The notes beneath the pieces were generated by a model, which was not told the DNA's origin, did not search any database, and saw only the letters and a program-made list of their open reading frames with translations. This document shows, piece by piece, positions 18,881-27,065 of a stretch of 64,000 nucleotides of DNA; the first letter of the stretch is position 1, and the number at the start of each line of letters is the position of its first letter. Origin of the DNA: a virus; IMG/VR virus record IMGVR_UViG_3300032291_001296, positions 1 to 64,000 of that record; one strand, 5' to 3'. A program made the translations under genes and the position numbers.

Positions 18881-19035
18881 TTTGATAATCTTTTAGATGT
18901 CATAGGTTGCTGAGCACTTTTTCTTTTTTGAATAATATCAGCTTCCTTCATATAATTACCATTGATAGGCTTAGGTGGTTTCACCTTAGGAGCCATTTTA
19001 GGCTTACCAGATTTCTTAGCTTTACCAGCTGTCAT
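18877..19035 (-). CDS. 52-aa Lys-rich protein (not in track)
   Basis: MTAGKAKKSGKPKMAPKVKPPKP...SKRLSK*. Confidence 0.65.
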   Translation of the reverse strand: MTAGKAKKSGKPKMAPKVKPPKPINGNYMKEADIIQKRKSAQQPMTSKRLSK

Positions 19036-19039
19036 TGAT

Positions 19040-19651
19040 TTACTTGCAGCCATATTTGCATTTTTTCATTGACTTACCGCTTTTAGCAGGCATATCTTTA
19101 CCACCTACACCAGATGTAGGATATAATTTTTCACCAGTCTGAGCTTTCTTCATTGACTTACCAGTCTTAGCAAGTCCTGCCATATTTTTCTTCATAGAAC
19201 TTGCAGCGTCTGACATATTTATTTTTTTAATATTGTCATTCATTTTCTGTTGAGAAGATCCTGCATTATTTCTTGTAGGAATACCTGGCATAGAAGTAGA
19301 TTTACCCATATCACCAAATTTAGTACCTATTTGAGCTTTTTTCATCTTAGTACCACATTTAGCTTTTTTAGGAAGAACACCTCTTCCAATCAATACATCT
19401 TTAAAAGTGGTCTTTCCATCTTTATTAAGATCAAATCCAGCTTTGGCTTTCTTTTTAATAGTTCCACCTTTTCTCATCATTGGTCCATTTGTTCCAGGAG
19501 CAGGTGTTCCCATTGGAGGTTGTGGAGCTTGTTGTGCAGGAACAGGAGAAGCTTGTTGTTGCATTTGTTGAGGAGCCTTCTTAGCAGCTGGTCTCTTCAT
19601 CATTGTTTTTTTAGGAGCTGCTTTAGCAGCTTTCTTTTTCATTGTAGCCAT
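19040..19651 (-). CDS. Lys/Met-rich basic low-complexity protein
   Basis: Repeated AKxG/KKAQxG motifs and an EF-hand-like DLNKDGK. Confidence 0.75.
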   Translation of the reverse strand: MATMKKKAAKAAPKKTMMKRPAAKKAPQQMQQQASPVPAQQAPQPPMGTPAPGTNGPMMRKGGTIKKKAKAGFDLNKDGKTTFKDVLIGRGVLPKKAKCGTKMKKAQIGTKFGDMGKSTSMPGIPTRNNAGSSQQKMNDNIKKINMSDAASSMKKNMAGLAKTGKSMKKAQTGEKLYPTSGVGGKDMPAKSGKSMKKCKYGCK

Positions 19652-19669
19652 GATTATATTTTTATATGA

Positions 19670-19948
19670 TTAACAATTCCACTTACGTAGAGACTTATTG
19701 ATTCTTGAGTTAGGGTCTTTAGCTGTCTTAGCACTAGTAAGTTTCTTCTTCATACCAGACATTCTACTGCAGAAAGACTTACGTCTATTAGCAGCTTTAC
19801 TTCCAGGTTTAAGTTTAGAAGGTTTAGTGGTTACAGCTGTCTTAAGTTTAGATCCAGGGTTAGCTTTTCTATATGAAGCTACACCTTTCTTATTAAGACC
19901 ACCAGAAGGATTCTTTCCTTCTTTTCTTTGCCATGCAGGAGTTGCCAT
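19670..19948 (-). CDS. DUF6321-like basic phage protein
   Basis: AWQRKEGKNPSGGLN..RRKSFCSRM..SLRKWNC. Confidence 0.75.
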   Translation of the reverse strand: MATPAWQRKEGKNPSGGLNKKGVASYRKANPGSKLKTAVTTKPSKLKPGSKAANRRKSFCSRMSGMKKKLTSAKTAKDPNSRINKSLRKWNC

Positions 19949-20250
19949 TATTTCTTAGTTTTAGCTTTAATCTTTTTCTCTTGTTGAAGCATCTGTTTAG
20001 TAGGCTTCTTTCCACTCCCTTTATTAGCTCTGATATTATCCCATAATCCACGTTTAGAATATGAACCATCAGCACGCTTAATTAAACCTCCAGCTTTAGC
20101 TACTTTACCACCATTCTTTAATGTAGAGCCTTTAAAAGGTCCTTTCTTTTTTACAAGAGGACCATTTGGAACTTTGGTAGTTTTACCACCTTGTTTTAAT
20201 ACACCAGGGCCTACATAAGCTGTAGCATTCTGAGGATTTAACTTAGACAT
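19948..20250 (-). CDS. Lys-rich basic protein
   Basis: LKQGG/LKNGG/AKAGG repeats and GLWDNIR. Confidence 0.7.
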   Translation of the reverse strand: MSKLNPQNATAYVGPGVLKQGGKTTKVPNGPLVKKKGPFKGSTLKNGGKVAKAGGLIKRADGSYSKRGLWDNIRANKGSGKKPTKQMLQQEKKIKAKTKK

Positions 20251-20411
20251 TATTTCTTCTTATTAGATTTAGCAATCTTCTTGAATGTTTTAGCAAGAGC
20301 TTTAGCCTTACCAGTACAACCAGGTTTAGTAATTGGTGTACATTTACCAGCAGTACCTCTACGTTTGATAGAAGCTGCAGCTTTCTGCATCCATTTCTTA
20401 TCAGTAGCCAT
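20250..20411 (-). CDS. 53-aa Lys-rich protein (not in track)
   Basis: MATDKKWMQKAAASIKRRGTAGKCTPITKPGC...KKK*; its stop overlaps the next ATG. Confidence 0.7.
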   Translation of the reverse strand: MATDKKWMQKAAASIKRRGTAGKCTPITKPGCTGKAKALAKTFKKIAKSNKKK

Positions 20412-20413
20412 GA

Positions 20414-20764
20414 TTACTTCTTTTTAGACATCTTGGTAGCACCAAGTTGTTTATCTTTAACAAGTTTAGCTTTACCTTTAGCACCTTTTAATGTTTTCTC
20501 TTGTACCTTAGTCCAAGCACCTTTAGGATCAACAGGTCCTACTCTTTTATTTGAGGCTTTAAGTCCAGTTAGACTTCCACCATTTTTCATCATTTTCTTT
20601 CTAGGAGTAGCAATTGATTGTTTTTGTAGTTGTTTTTCAGTTTCTTTAAGATTAAAATTTTTCAATTTATTTTGCTTAGCTTGCTGAAATGGACTAGTTT
20701 CATAAGTCTTAGTAGTATCTTTCACAGTACCACTGTTCTGTGCTTTTTTAATCATTTTTGCCAT
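20414..20764 (-). CDS. Lys-rich basic protein
   Basis: KKAQNSG and MMKNGG. Confidence 0.7.
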   Translation of the reverse strand: MAKMIKKAQNSGTVKDTTKTYETSPFQQAKQNKLKNFNLKETEKQLQKQSIATPRKKMMKNGGSLTGLKASNKRVGPVDPKGAWTKVQEKTLKGAKGKAKLVKDKQLGATKMSKKK

Positions 20765-20954
20765 AGCGTTTAAATGTTATATTAGGTTTAACAATAATGT
20801 CTTTGTGAGTGTATTGCCACAACTCACCAGTTGAGTTAATTATAATTGTATAGATGGTATCTGTTTCATGACCATAGTCAGTTAGAAAAAGAATCACCCC
20901 ATCTCCCTTAGGTGTTATAACATCTATTCTATTCTTTGGTTCATATATTCTCAT
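20748..20954 (-). CDS. Hypothetical protein
   Basis: 68 aa, V.TPKGDG..DYG. Confidence 0.65.
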   Translation of the reverse strand: MRIYEPKNRIDVITPKGDGVILFLTDYGHETDTIYTIIINSTGELWQYTHKDIIVKPNITFKRYGKND

Positions 20955-21012
20955 AGAGAAGTGCTTTTGTTCGAGAACACCTGTTTTTCGTCACCCAACA
21001 GGTATGTTGTTT

Positions 21013-21252
21013 TTAAAGGTCTTTAGAAGAAACTTCTTCTACTACTTCCTTAATGATATCAGCTTCAACACCATCAATCATTAATTTTTCAATCACCTCA
21101 TTAGCTTGCATCATTAATTGAAAACGTGCAGCTTCTTCTGATGATAAATAAGCTCTAACTGTGTTTAGGATTAACCCAAACTGTGCTCCTGTTAATGTGA
21201 ATGAATCTTCAGGAGTCCAAGTGTACCTTTTTGCAGGATCGTACTGTGCCAT
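21013..21252 (-). CDS. Hypothetical protein
   Basis: 79-aa ORF. Confidence 0.7.
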   Translation of the reverse strand: MAQYDPAKRYTWTPEDSFTLTGAQFGLILNTVRAYLSSEEAARFQLMMQANEVIEKLMIDGVEADIIKEVVEEVSSKDL

Positions 21253-21303
21253 AATTTAATTGGTTTTTATTATTAATCAGTAAAAGTAAATAATGTTTTT
21301 CAA

Positions 21304-21873
21304 TTATCCAACATTAAAAATAGAAATATTTACAGATGGTGATAATGGTCTTGTTGGATTAGTTCCAGCAGCAGTTGTTAAAAGTCTCATCCCTGCAGAT
21401 CCAGACCACCAATAAAATTTTAAAGATTGTCCAGCTGTTAATGCTATTGTATCTGTTATAGATGCTAATGTTTGATCATTTTGAGCTGTTGATGTAGTGA
21501 ATGTAAATGCTGAATTAGGAACAATCACGTCGTCCAAACTATACCATACAGTCACATTAAGATTTGAGGATCCACCAGTAAATGAAAGTTGCATGTTAGC
21601 AATAAAACAGTAGGTTCCAGCATTATTAACTGTTATTGTATTGTTTGCTAATACAAAACCACTATTGGCCTGTGTTGAATTGATTGCAACTTGGTTAGCT
21701 GTTGTAACTCCACCAGTAGTTTGAGTAGTGGTATCAAAAAAAGTAGCAGAATAAAGACTTGTAGGAGCAGGAATTTTGTTTTCTACAAATTGATCAAGAT
21801 TTAATTCTCCTTTATATCCTTGTGCAGGATTAATTCTTTTTTCCCAAAGAGTAGGTTTAATAAATGTAGGCAT
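21304..21873 (-). CDS. C1q/BclA-like beta-sandwich virion protein
   Basis: ITVNNAGTY..NMQL and L.AG..L.F patterns, similar to an internal domain of the 33197 fibre. Confidence 0.55.
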   Translation of the reverse strand: MPTFIKPTLWEKRINPAQGYKGELNLDQFVENKIPAPTSLYSATFFDTTTQTTGGVTTANQVAINSTQANSGFVLANNTITVNNAGTYCFIANMQLSFTGGSSNLNVTVWYSLDDVIVPNSAFTFTTSTAQNDQTLASITDTIALTAGQSLKFYWWSGSAGMRLLTTAAGTNPTRPLSPSVNISIFNVG

Positions 21874-21874
21874 A

Positions 21875-22159
21875 TTATTCTAAGTTTATTTCAAACGTAA
21901 TAACGCTTGTTGTTTTGATTGACTTACTCATATCCACTCTTATGTGAAACATATTACAAAACTTAAGTATTTCTTCTATAAGCATATTGTTATACTTAGG
22001 AAGACTTGCTGCTATTCTGAATCTATATGAGTTTGTATTCTTTGTAATCTCTAGACTACACAATTCATCTACAGAACTTATTACACCTTCTAGGTGTGCA
22101 AGAAACACTTCATCGTTATCTTGCATCACCTTAGGAAAATGTTTTCTGTTAATCTCCAT
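21875..22159 (-). CDS. Hypothetical protein
   Basis: 94-aa ORF. Confidence 0.65.
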   Translation of the reverse strand: MEINRKHFPKVMQDNDEVFLAHLEGVISSVDELCSLEITKNTNSYRFRIAASLPKYNNMLIEEILKFCNMFHIRVDMSKSIKTTSVITFEINLE

Positions 22160-22584
22160 TACGACAAAGTTAATCTGTATAATGTTTGACTAGCTTCTCC
22201 TGATAGAGATTGAGCTATATTTTCAATGTCTGGCATGTTGTTAGCTTCAGCATACTCTTCTAAGTCTTTAGCAAACTTAACAAGTTCTTTTACCACTTGA
22301 TTAGGCATACCTGCAGAATAGTCTTTTAAAGCATCAATCTTATATGCTCTCACTCTCTTACCAGTGTATCCCATAATCTTCTCAACAATCTCATCTTGGA
22401 AATCACCCACTTTATCATAGATGGTTCCTAACGCTGAATGCTCAGCAAATGATGTAGTTTGAAAATGTAATAAGTGTAGCTCTTCATAGAAGTATGAAAG
22501 CTTTCCAGCTATAGTCTCTAGTGTTAAACTAGAGCTTCCTTTGCTTTCCATCATTTCTTCTGGAAATAGGGATTTTAGTGCCAT
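22159..22584 (-). CDS. Ferritin/Dps-like protein (DUF5856-like)
   Basis: HLLHFQT.SFAEHSALG..YD..QDEIVEK..G and Y.L at the C-terminus. Confidence 0.85.
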   Translation of the reverse strand: MALKSLFPEEMMESKGSSSLTLETIAGKLSYFYEELHLLHFQTTSFAEHSALGTIYDKVGDFQDEIVEKIMGYTGKRVRAYKIDALKDYSAGMPNQVVKELVKFAKDLEEYAEANNMPDIENIAQSLSGEASQTLYRLTLS

Positions 22585-22601
22585 GTTATTTAGTTTTTAA
22601 A

Positions 22602-22847
22602 TTATGCTGCAGTAGTAGTCGTAGTGGTTGTTGCAGCTCTCGTAGTACTAGTTGTAGTAGTAGGAGCAGCTGTGGTAGTACTAGTTGTAGTTGTTGTATA
22701 ATTACAACATTCTTTAGCATCAATTTCTTGATAGTTACCCACCTTTGGTTTAAATGCTTGTACAATTAAACTACTAGGTACAATACGTCCTGATCCATCA
22801 AAACGTACAAAAGCTTTAAGCTTATTATTGTTATTACTTCTAGCCAT
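22602..22847 (-). CDS. Small protein with a mucin-like poly-Thr tail (paralog A)
   Basis: KAFVRFDGSGRIV...KPKVG..ECCNY followed by Thr runs. Confidence 0.8.
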   Translation of the reverse strand: MARSNNNNKLKAFVRFDGSGRIVPSSLIVQAFKPKVGNYQEIDAKECCNYTTTTTSTTTAAPTTTTSTTRAATTTTTTTAA

Positions 22848-22849
22848 GA

Positions 22850-23053
22850 TTATGTTGTTGTTGTAGTTGTTGTTGTTGGTGCAGCTGTAGTGGTAGTAGT
22901 GGTAGTGTAATTACAGCACTCATATGCTGAAATCTCTTTCCATTTACCAACTTTAGGTTTGTTCTTTCTTAGAATCAAACTTCCTGCAACTATTCTGCCA
23001 GATCCATCGAATCTAACATAAGCCTTTAAAGGTCTTGAATTAATGCTTCCCAT
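22850..23053 (-). CDS. Small protein with a mucin-like poly-Thr tail (paralog B)
   Basis: KAYVRFDGSGRIV...KPKVG..ECCNY-T7-AAP-T8. Confidence 0.8.
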   Translation of the reverse strand: MGSINSRPLKAYVRFDGSGRIVAGSLILRKNKPKVGKWKEISAYECCNYTTTTTTTAAPTTTTTTTT

Positions 23054-23071
23054 GTGTTTTTTAATTTATGG

Positions 23072-24088
23072 TTAATAGTTTAGGTTATATTTGTTTTTGA
23101 TTTCGTTTAGCTTAGTGGCATAGAACCACGTACAATATTTTTTTGATTGTTCATCATTAAGAATCATATCCAAGTTAGGATCTTTTGTAGGATCAGTTCC
23201 CATGTGATACTTTCCTTTGTAGAAAGCTGGATAACCATTACCTGTTTCAGAAACTATTCCTGCATTATGAAAGATGGTATGTGTATTAAGTTTTGATATA
23301 GGATCTGTTGCCCATGCAAAAGCTAATTCAGGAACCACTTTAGTTTCCCCATCTCTTAACCATACATTCCAAAGTACAGCCCACATATCTGCACACCAAC
23401 TTTGAAACCCTGAGTTCTCATCTTTAAAGAATTCTCTATTCACTTTCTGTAAATAGGTTCTTATAAGAATACAATCATTCATCACTTTACTCCAGAAGTT
23501 AGCATCTATATTCTTTAATAGATATTGTGCTCCTCCTGAATGATCATTATTAGCTTCAGCAATTTCTCTGCTGATTCCAACAACACTAGCAATCTCTGCT
23601 AGAACATCTCTACCTTTATATTCTTCCAGTTTTTCTGGAAGTACCTGATTAATCTTACTGTCAAAATAACTAGCATTGATGTAACTGTTTGTATCTGATA
23701 GATAGTTTACATCATCTTCTAAGAACTGATCTACGTTAAACTCCTTCATAAAAAGAATATCAGAGTCACAATAGAAGATTGCTTTCTCACTTAACTCTGG
23801 ATGTAATTTAAAATGTCTCCAAAGAACATATGGTCTTAATACAGGAATGTAGATTGCAACTAATGGATTTAAATTATCATCATCTGTATAGTAATGGAAT
23901 TCAGCTTCTGGATATAGATCTTCTATCTGTTTCCACTTATCTCTATTCTCTCTTCCTTTAGGAGTGAATATAAGATTGATTGCTTTGTCAGAATGTCCTA
24001 TTTCTTTAAGACTTTCCATCCACAGGTTTACTTGCCATGTGTAATAAATATCGCTAGGACAAGCCTGGATAAATTTTAAATCTTTCAT
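23072..24088 (-). CDS. Glycosyltransferase resembling plant HPAT/SERGT1 (GT95/GT96) peptide O-glycosyltransferases
   Basis: YYTWQV, YIPVLRP, CDSDILF (DxD), GGAQY, WCADMWA and IFHNAG. The likely start is ATG 24088, because the track's extension reads the upstream micro-gene in another frame. Confidence 0.7.
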   Translation of the reverse strand: MKDLKFIQACPSDIYYTWQVNLWMESLKEIGHSDKAINLIFTPKGRENRDKWKQIEDLYPEAEFHYYTDDDNLNPLVAIYIPVLRPYVLWRHFKLHPELSEKAIFYCDSDILFMKEFNVDQFLEDDVNYLSDTNSYINASYFDSKINQVLPEKLEEYKGRDVLAEIASVVGISREIAEANNDHSGGAQYLLKNIDANFWSKVMNDCILIRTYLQKVNREFFKDENSGFQSWCADMWAVLWNVWLRDGETKVVPELAFAWATDPISKLNTHTIFHNAGIVSETGNGYPAFYKGKYHMGTDPTKDPNLDMILNDEQSKKYCTWFYATKLNEIKNKYNLNY

Positions 24089-24116
24089 AATGTAGTTGGT
24101 TTTTGTTTTAATATTT

Positions 24117-24287
24117 TTAAATTGTAGTGGTGGTAGTGGTTGTTGGTGCAACAGTTGTTGTTGTGGTGGTAGTTGTATTACCACACTCACAAGATGCAAC
24201 ACATGTTAAATATTGTAACTGCTTAGATATCTGCCAAAGCAAATTAGCTCTTCCACTCCATCCAATCTGTCTACTAGGTATAGCCAT
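24117..24287 (-). CDS. 56-aa protein with a mucin-like poly-Thr tail (not in track)
   Basis: MAIPSRQIGWSGRANLLWQISKQLQYLTCVASCECGN-T8-VAP-T7-I*. The N-terminus is near-identical to the neighbouring 24302-24940 protein. Confidence 0.85.
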   Translation of the reverse strand: MAIPSRQIGWSGRANLLWQISKQLQYLTCVASCECGNTTTTTTTTVAPTTTTTTTI

Positions 24288-24301
24288 TTCTTTTTATATT
24301 A

Positions 24302-24940
24302 TTAGTTATACACTTTGATTTCAAGCAATGTAGCATTTAATACATCATCTGTATTAACACCAGTAGTTATTATTCTACTTTCAATTGTAACTGAATCTGC
24401 TATAATTTGACTAGGATACATAGATATAACTTGTTCTAAATTAACATCATAAAATGTTTCACTAGTTACTGTTGTTTTAGATGCTGTAAATAAGTCATCA
24501 GGAGAATAAGCTATATAGTTTCCAACATTTGAGTATTGAAAAACTATATTACCTAATGTATTTTCTAATACATTAGCTCTAGGAGCTCCTATATTATATT
24601 CTAAAATGCTATCTCCCCAATCATTAGGTGTTGTTCCTGTAGCTATAAATGTTGTTCCTAAATTATTATTAGGTGCACCTATATTTGTAAAGTCTCCAGC
24701 AACTCCACTTCCTCCAGCTGCTATTGTGTATGTAACACCAATAACTGTATCTCCTCCACTTTTAGTATCTGGATCATCTACTCCACTTTGAGTTAACAAA
24801 GCAGTGAACACTTTATATGTAGGTGCATTGTTTACACAAGCATTATATGTTACATTAGTAAGTTGCTCTAATTGTTTAGAGATTTGCCAAAGTAGGTTCT
24901 CTTCTGTTCCCCAACCTATCTGTCTAGATGGTATAGCCAT
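24302..24940 (-). CDS. Putative virion fibre/decoration protein
   Basis: MAIPSRQIGW..NLLWQISKQL N-terminal module, a Y.I..G..DFT.IGA.NN..G..F.ATG tail-repeat-like motif and a beta-rich C-terminus. Confidence 0.6.
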   Translation of the reverse strand: MAIPSRQIGWGTEENLLWQISKQLEQLTNVTYNACVNNAPTYKVFTALLTQSGVDDPDTKSGGDTVIGVTYTIAAGGSGVAGDFTNIGAPNNNLGTTFIATGTTPNDWGDSILEYNIGAPRANVLENTLGNIVFQYSNVGNYIAYSPDDLFTASKTTVTSETFYDVNLEQVISMYPSQIIADSVTIESRIITTGVNTDDVLNATLLEIKVYN

Positions 24941-24962
24941 GAGTTAAATTTTTATTATTATA

Positions 24963-24970
24963 CAAAAATA
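24963..24970 (-). promoter_or_regulatory. Bacteroidota -7 promoter element
   Basis: TATTTTTG on the - strand, 22 nt upstream of the 24940 start. Confidence 0.5.
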
Positions 24971-25009
24971 ATTATTTTTCACTATAAGTCTTTATTTTTC
25001 ACTAAATTA

Positions 25010-25030
25010 AAATAACTAATTTAGTTATTT
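25010..25030. repeat. Perfect palindrome with 10-bp arms
   Basis: AAATAACTAA-T-TTAGTTATTT. Confidence 0.6.
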
Positions 25031-25162
25031 ACCTTGTCCTCTATAAAGCTTTTTATAGTTTTTAGATGATTTAAGTTTTGATGTTTGAGATTTAGCATGT
25101 ACACCTGGTCTTTTCTTTTTAGGTTTAACTGCTTTCTCTACTGTGTTGGTTACTTTTGCCAT
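25025..25162 (-). CDS. 45-aa basic protein (not in track)
   Basis: MAKVTNTVEKAVKPKKKRPGVHAKS...KNYKKLYRGQGK*, with a YRGQG ending seen in small basic phage proteins. Confidence 0.7.
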   Translation of the reverse strand: MAKVTNTVEKAVKPKKKRPGVHAKSQTSKLKSSKNYKKLYRGQGK

Positions 25163-25168
25163 TGGTTA

Positions 25169-25630
25169 TTATTTATAAGGATTGTAAATAGTTTTTCCAC
25201 CTTGCTTAGTGCCTCTTAAAACTTGCTTACGTTGTTTACCAGTTGATTCATATGATACGTGAACCCAGTCAGGGTTAGATGTTGTACCAAATTCCCAAAT
25301 AAGTTGATCAAAGTTTAGATGTTCCTTAATGAAATCAAAAACTTGCTTATTAGTAATTGATGTGCCATCCATATCAATATCGATAGCTTCACCAGTACAA
25401 TGTTGACTAGATGCACTACCTTTAATTAACTTATTCAAAGCAACACTTCTGTAACCAGACGAGATGTGAATAGGCTTACCAAAATGTTCTCTAATAGGTT
25501 CAAATACTTTTTCAGCTAATAGCTTAAAGTTTTCTAAATGCTCTGCATTTGGTTGATTGCTTATACCATTTCTTTTTGCTGATTCACTTCTTGTAACTTC
25601 AGCTAATGATAAGTGTTTACTTATTTGCAT
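25169..25630 (-). CDS. Endolysin, peptidase M15A family
   Basis: ISSGYRS..LN, SQHCTGEAIDI, FDQLIWE and WVHVS. Confidence 0.9.
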   Translation of the reverse strand: MQISKHLSLAEVTRSESAKRNGISNQPNAEHLENFKLLAEKVFEPIREHFGKPIHISSGYRSVALNKLIKGSASSQHCTGEAIDIDMDGTSITNKQVFDFIKEHLNFDQLIWEFGTTSNPDWVHVSYESTGKQRKQVLRGTKQGGKTIYNPYK

Positions 25631-25642
25631 ATATTATTGGTT

Positions 25643-26116
25643 TTAAAATATATTATATTCTAACACCACACTATAACCTGGAGGATTATTTGGTTGTACA
25701 AAATATTGAGCTCCAACACTAAACTTAGCAAACTCTAACATAAGGTTTGTATATAATGTAGGTTCTCTTAATGTAAACTGTGTAGTTTGAACACCAGCAT
25801 ATCCATGTATCTCAAAAGGTTTTTTATTCTTGATAATCTCTTTATTGATATCAATAATCTGCTTTTGGTATGTTATAATGGAATCTTTTATATCTAGTTG
25901 ATTCTTGAATTCAATCTCTTTCTTCTGAAAGTTTTTGATTCTTGATTCTTGTTCTTTGATTATCTGTCTAGCAAAATCAAGATGTACAAGATCAGTAGCA
26001 ACAGCTCTAGCCTGATTCTCTGTTAAAACAACAACACTATCTTTGGGGATAGCGATCTGAGAAAAACTTTTGAAGCCCACTAACAGGCAAGCTATCAATA
26101 ACTTTAATCTGTACAT
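25643..26116 (-). CDS. Putative outer-membrane spanin component (SPI signal, coiled coil, four beta-strands)
   Basis: Signal peptide ending SFS|Q, a coiled coil and C-terminal YNIF. It overlaps the i-spanin-like gene. Confidence 0.55.
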   Translation of the reverse strand: MYRLKLLIACLLVGFKSFSQIAIPKDSVVVLTENQARAVATDLVHLDFARQIIKEQESRIKNFQKKEIEFKNQLDIKDSIITYQKQIIDINKEIIKNKKPFEIHGYAGVQTTQFTLREPTLYTNLMLEFAKFSVGAQYFVQPNNPPGYSVVLEYNIF

Positions 26117-26369
26117 ATTCTTTTTGTTTTATGGTTTTAATCCTGTTTACAATCACTGTATCTATCTTAGATAGACTATCAATCTTCTTAGCAGACTTGT
26201 GAGCTTGCTCTTCAAGAATTAATACTTGTGTCTCTAGGTTCTTAGTTTGTTCAATTAGAGCAGAGTTCTTTTCTTGAGATGCAGTATAACTGAATAGCCA
26301 TAATGCAGCAACAACAACAGCAAGCCATTGTTTCTCTAAGCTATCAAGAAATCTATCTAGTAGTATCAT
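26037..26369 (-). CDS. Putative inner-membrane spanin
   Basis: N-terminal TM (WLAVVVAALWLF) plus a coiled coil, within the lysis cassette. Confidence 0.6.
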   Translation of the reverse strand: MILLDRFLDSLEKQWLAVVVAALWLFSYTASQEKNSALIEQTKNLETQVLILEEQAHKSAKKIDSLSKIDTVIVNRIKTIKQKEYVQIKVIDSLPVSGLQKFFSDRYPQR

Positions 26370-26566
26370 ACCGATCCTTTAGCCTTCATTATGCGTTCAA
26401 CGATATTTGTAGCACCTTCAATAGCAATGTATGCTGTTGCAATGATCACCCAATCAGATGATGTTAGACTTCCAGAAAAAAGACCAACAGAACCTACAAC
26501 AAATACGGTAAGTTTTCTACTCACCCATTTGTTTAAAAATATATCTACCTTTTCTCTTGTACTCAT
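26366..26566 (-). CDS. Putative holin
   Basis: 66 aa with SRKL and two hydrophobic segments. Confidence 0.6.
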   Translation of the reverse strand: MSTREKVDIFLNKWVSRKLTVFVVGSVGLFSGSLTSSDWVIIATAYIAIEGATNIVERIMKAKGSV

Positions 26567-26883
26567 TATTTAATATTTCTATATATTGTAGATAAGTATT
26601 GTAGTAAGATACCAATCCCTATGATTATACCTACAGTCCAGGTAAATCGTTTCTTGAATTCTTCTTGTTTTTGAAGCTTATTTTCTAAATCTTTGATTCT
26701 TTCTTTAAGCTCATTTATGTCAGCAACAAATCCACCAGTTTTTGTTAGTGCATTGCCTAATATTGCGTCTACTACTTGCGTTAGTTTAGTATCTATAGAA
26801 GTCATCTTCTCCTCTAGATCATACAGTCGTTGGTCCATGCTTTTTAATTCTTTTTCAACTTGTGTTTCAAATGCGTTTTCCAT
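26566..26883 (-). CDS. Coiled-coil protein with C-terminal TM (XhlA/holin-accessory-like)
   Basis: Heptad repeats followed by WTVGIIIGIGILLQYL. Confidence 0.6.
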   Translation of the reverse strand: MENAFETQVEKELKSMDQRLYDLEEKMTSIDTKLTQVVDAILGNALTKTGGFVADINELKERIKDLENKLQKQEEFKKRFTWTVGIIIGIGILLQYLSTIYRNIK

Positions 26884-26955
26884 AAGAGGTAAGGGATTAG
26901 TACAACATCTCTATATGTAGAATTAGAGATGCAATGATTATACCATTATATCAAG

Positions 26956-26976
26956 CAAATATAAATTTTATATTTG
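26956..26976. promoter_or_regulatory. Back-to-back TATATTTG elements forming a perfect palindrome
   Basis: CAAATATAAA-T-TTTATATTTG between the divergent lysis and GT genes. Confidence 0.65.
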
Positions 26977-27039
26977 GAATAACGAAGTAGTTAAAAATAA
27001 ATTTCCGCATAATATAGCATAATAGAAATATATTTTTTA

Positions 27040-27047
27040 TATCTTTG
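27040..27047 (+). promoter_or_regulatory. Bacteroidota -7 promoter for the multi-domain GT gene
   Basis: TATCTTTG, 18 nt before ATG 27066. Confidence 0.65.
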
Positions 27048-27065
27048 TTTTTAAAAATCAACACT

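Noticed and set aside
20955-21010. Weak ACCTGTT/AACAGGT stem in an intergenic gap, considered as an ncRNA
   Set aside because: Only 7 bp, with no terminator tract or recognisable RNA family features.
24089-24202. Gln/Pro-rich N-terminal extension of the GT in the ORF track
   Set aside because: It is an off-frame reading of the Thr-tail micro-gene 24117-24287. ATG 24088 has the typical A-rich context.
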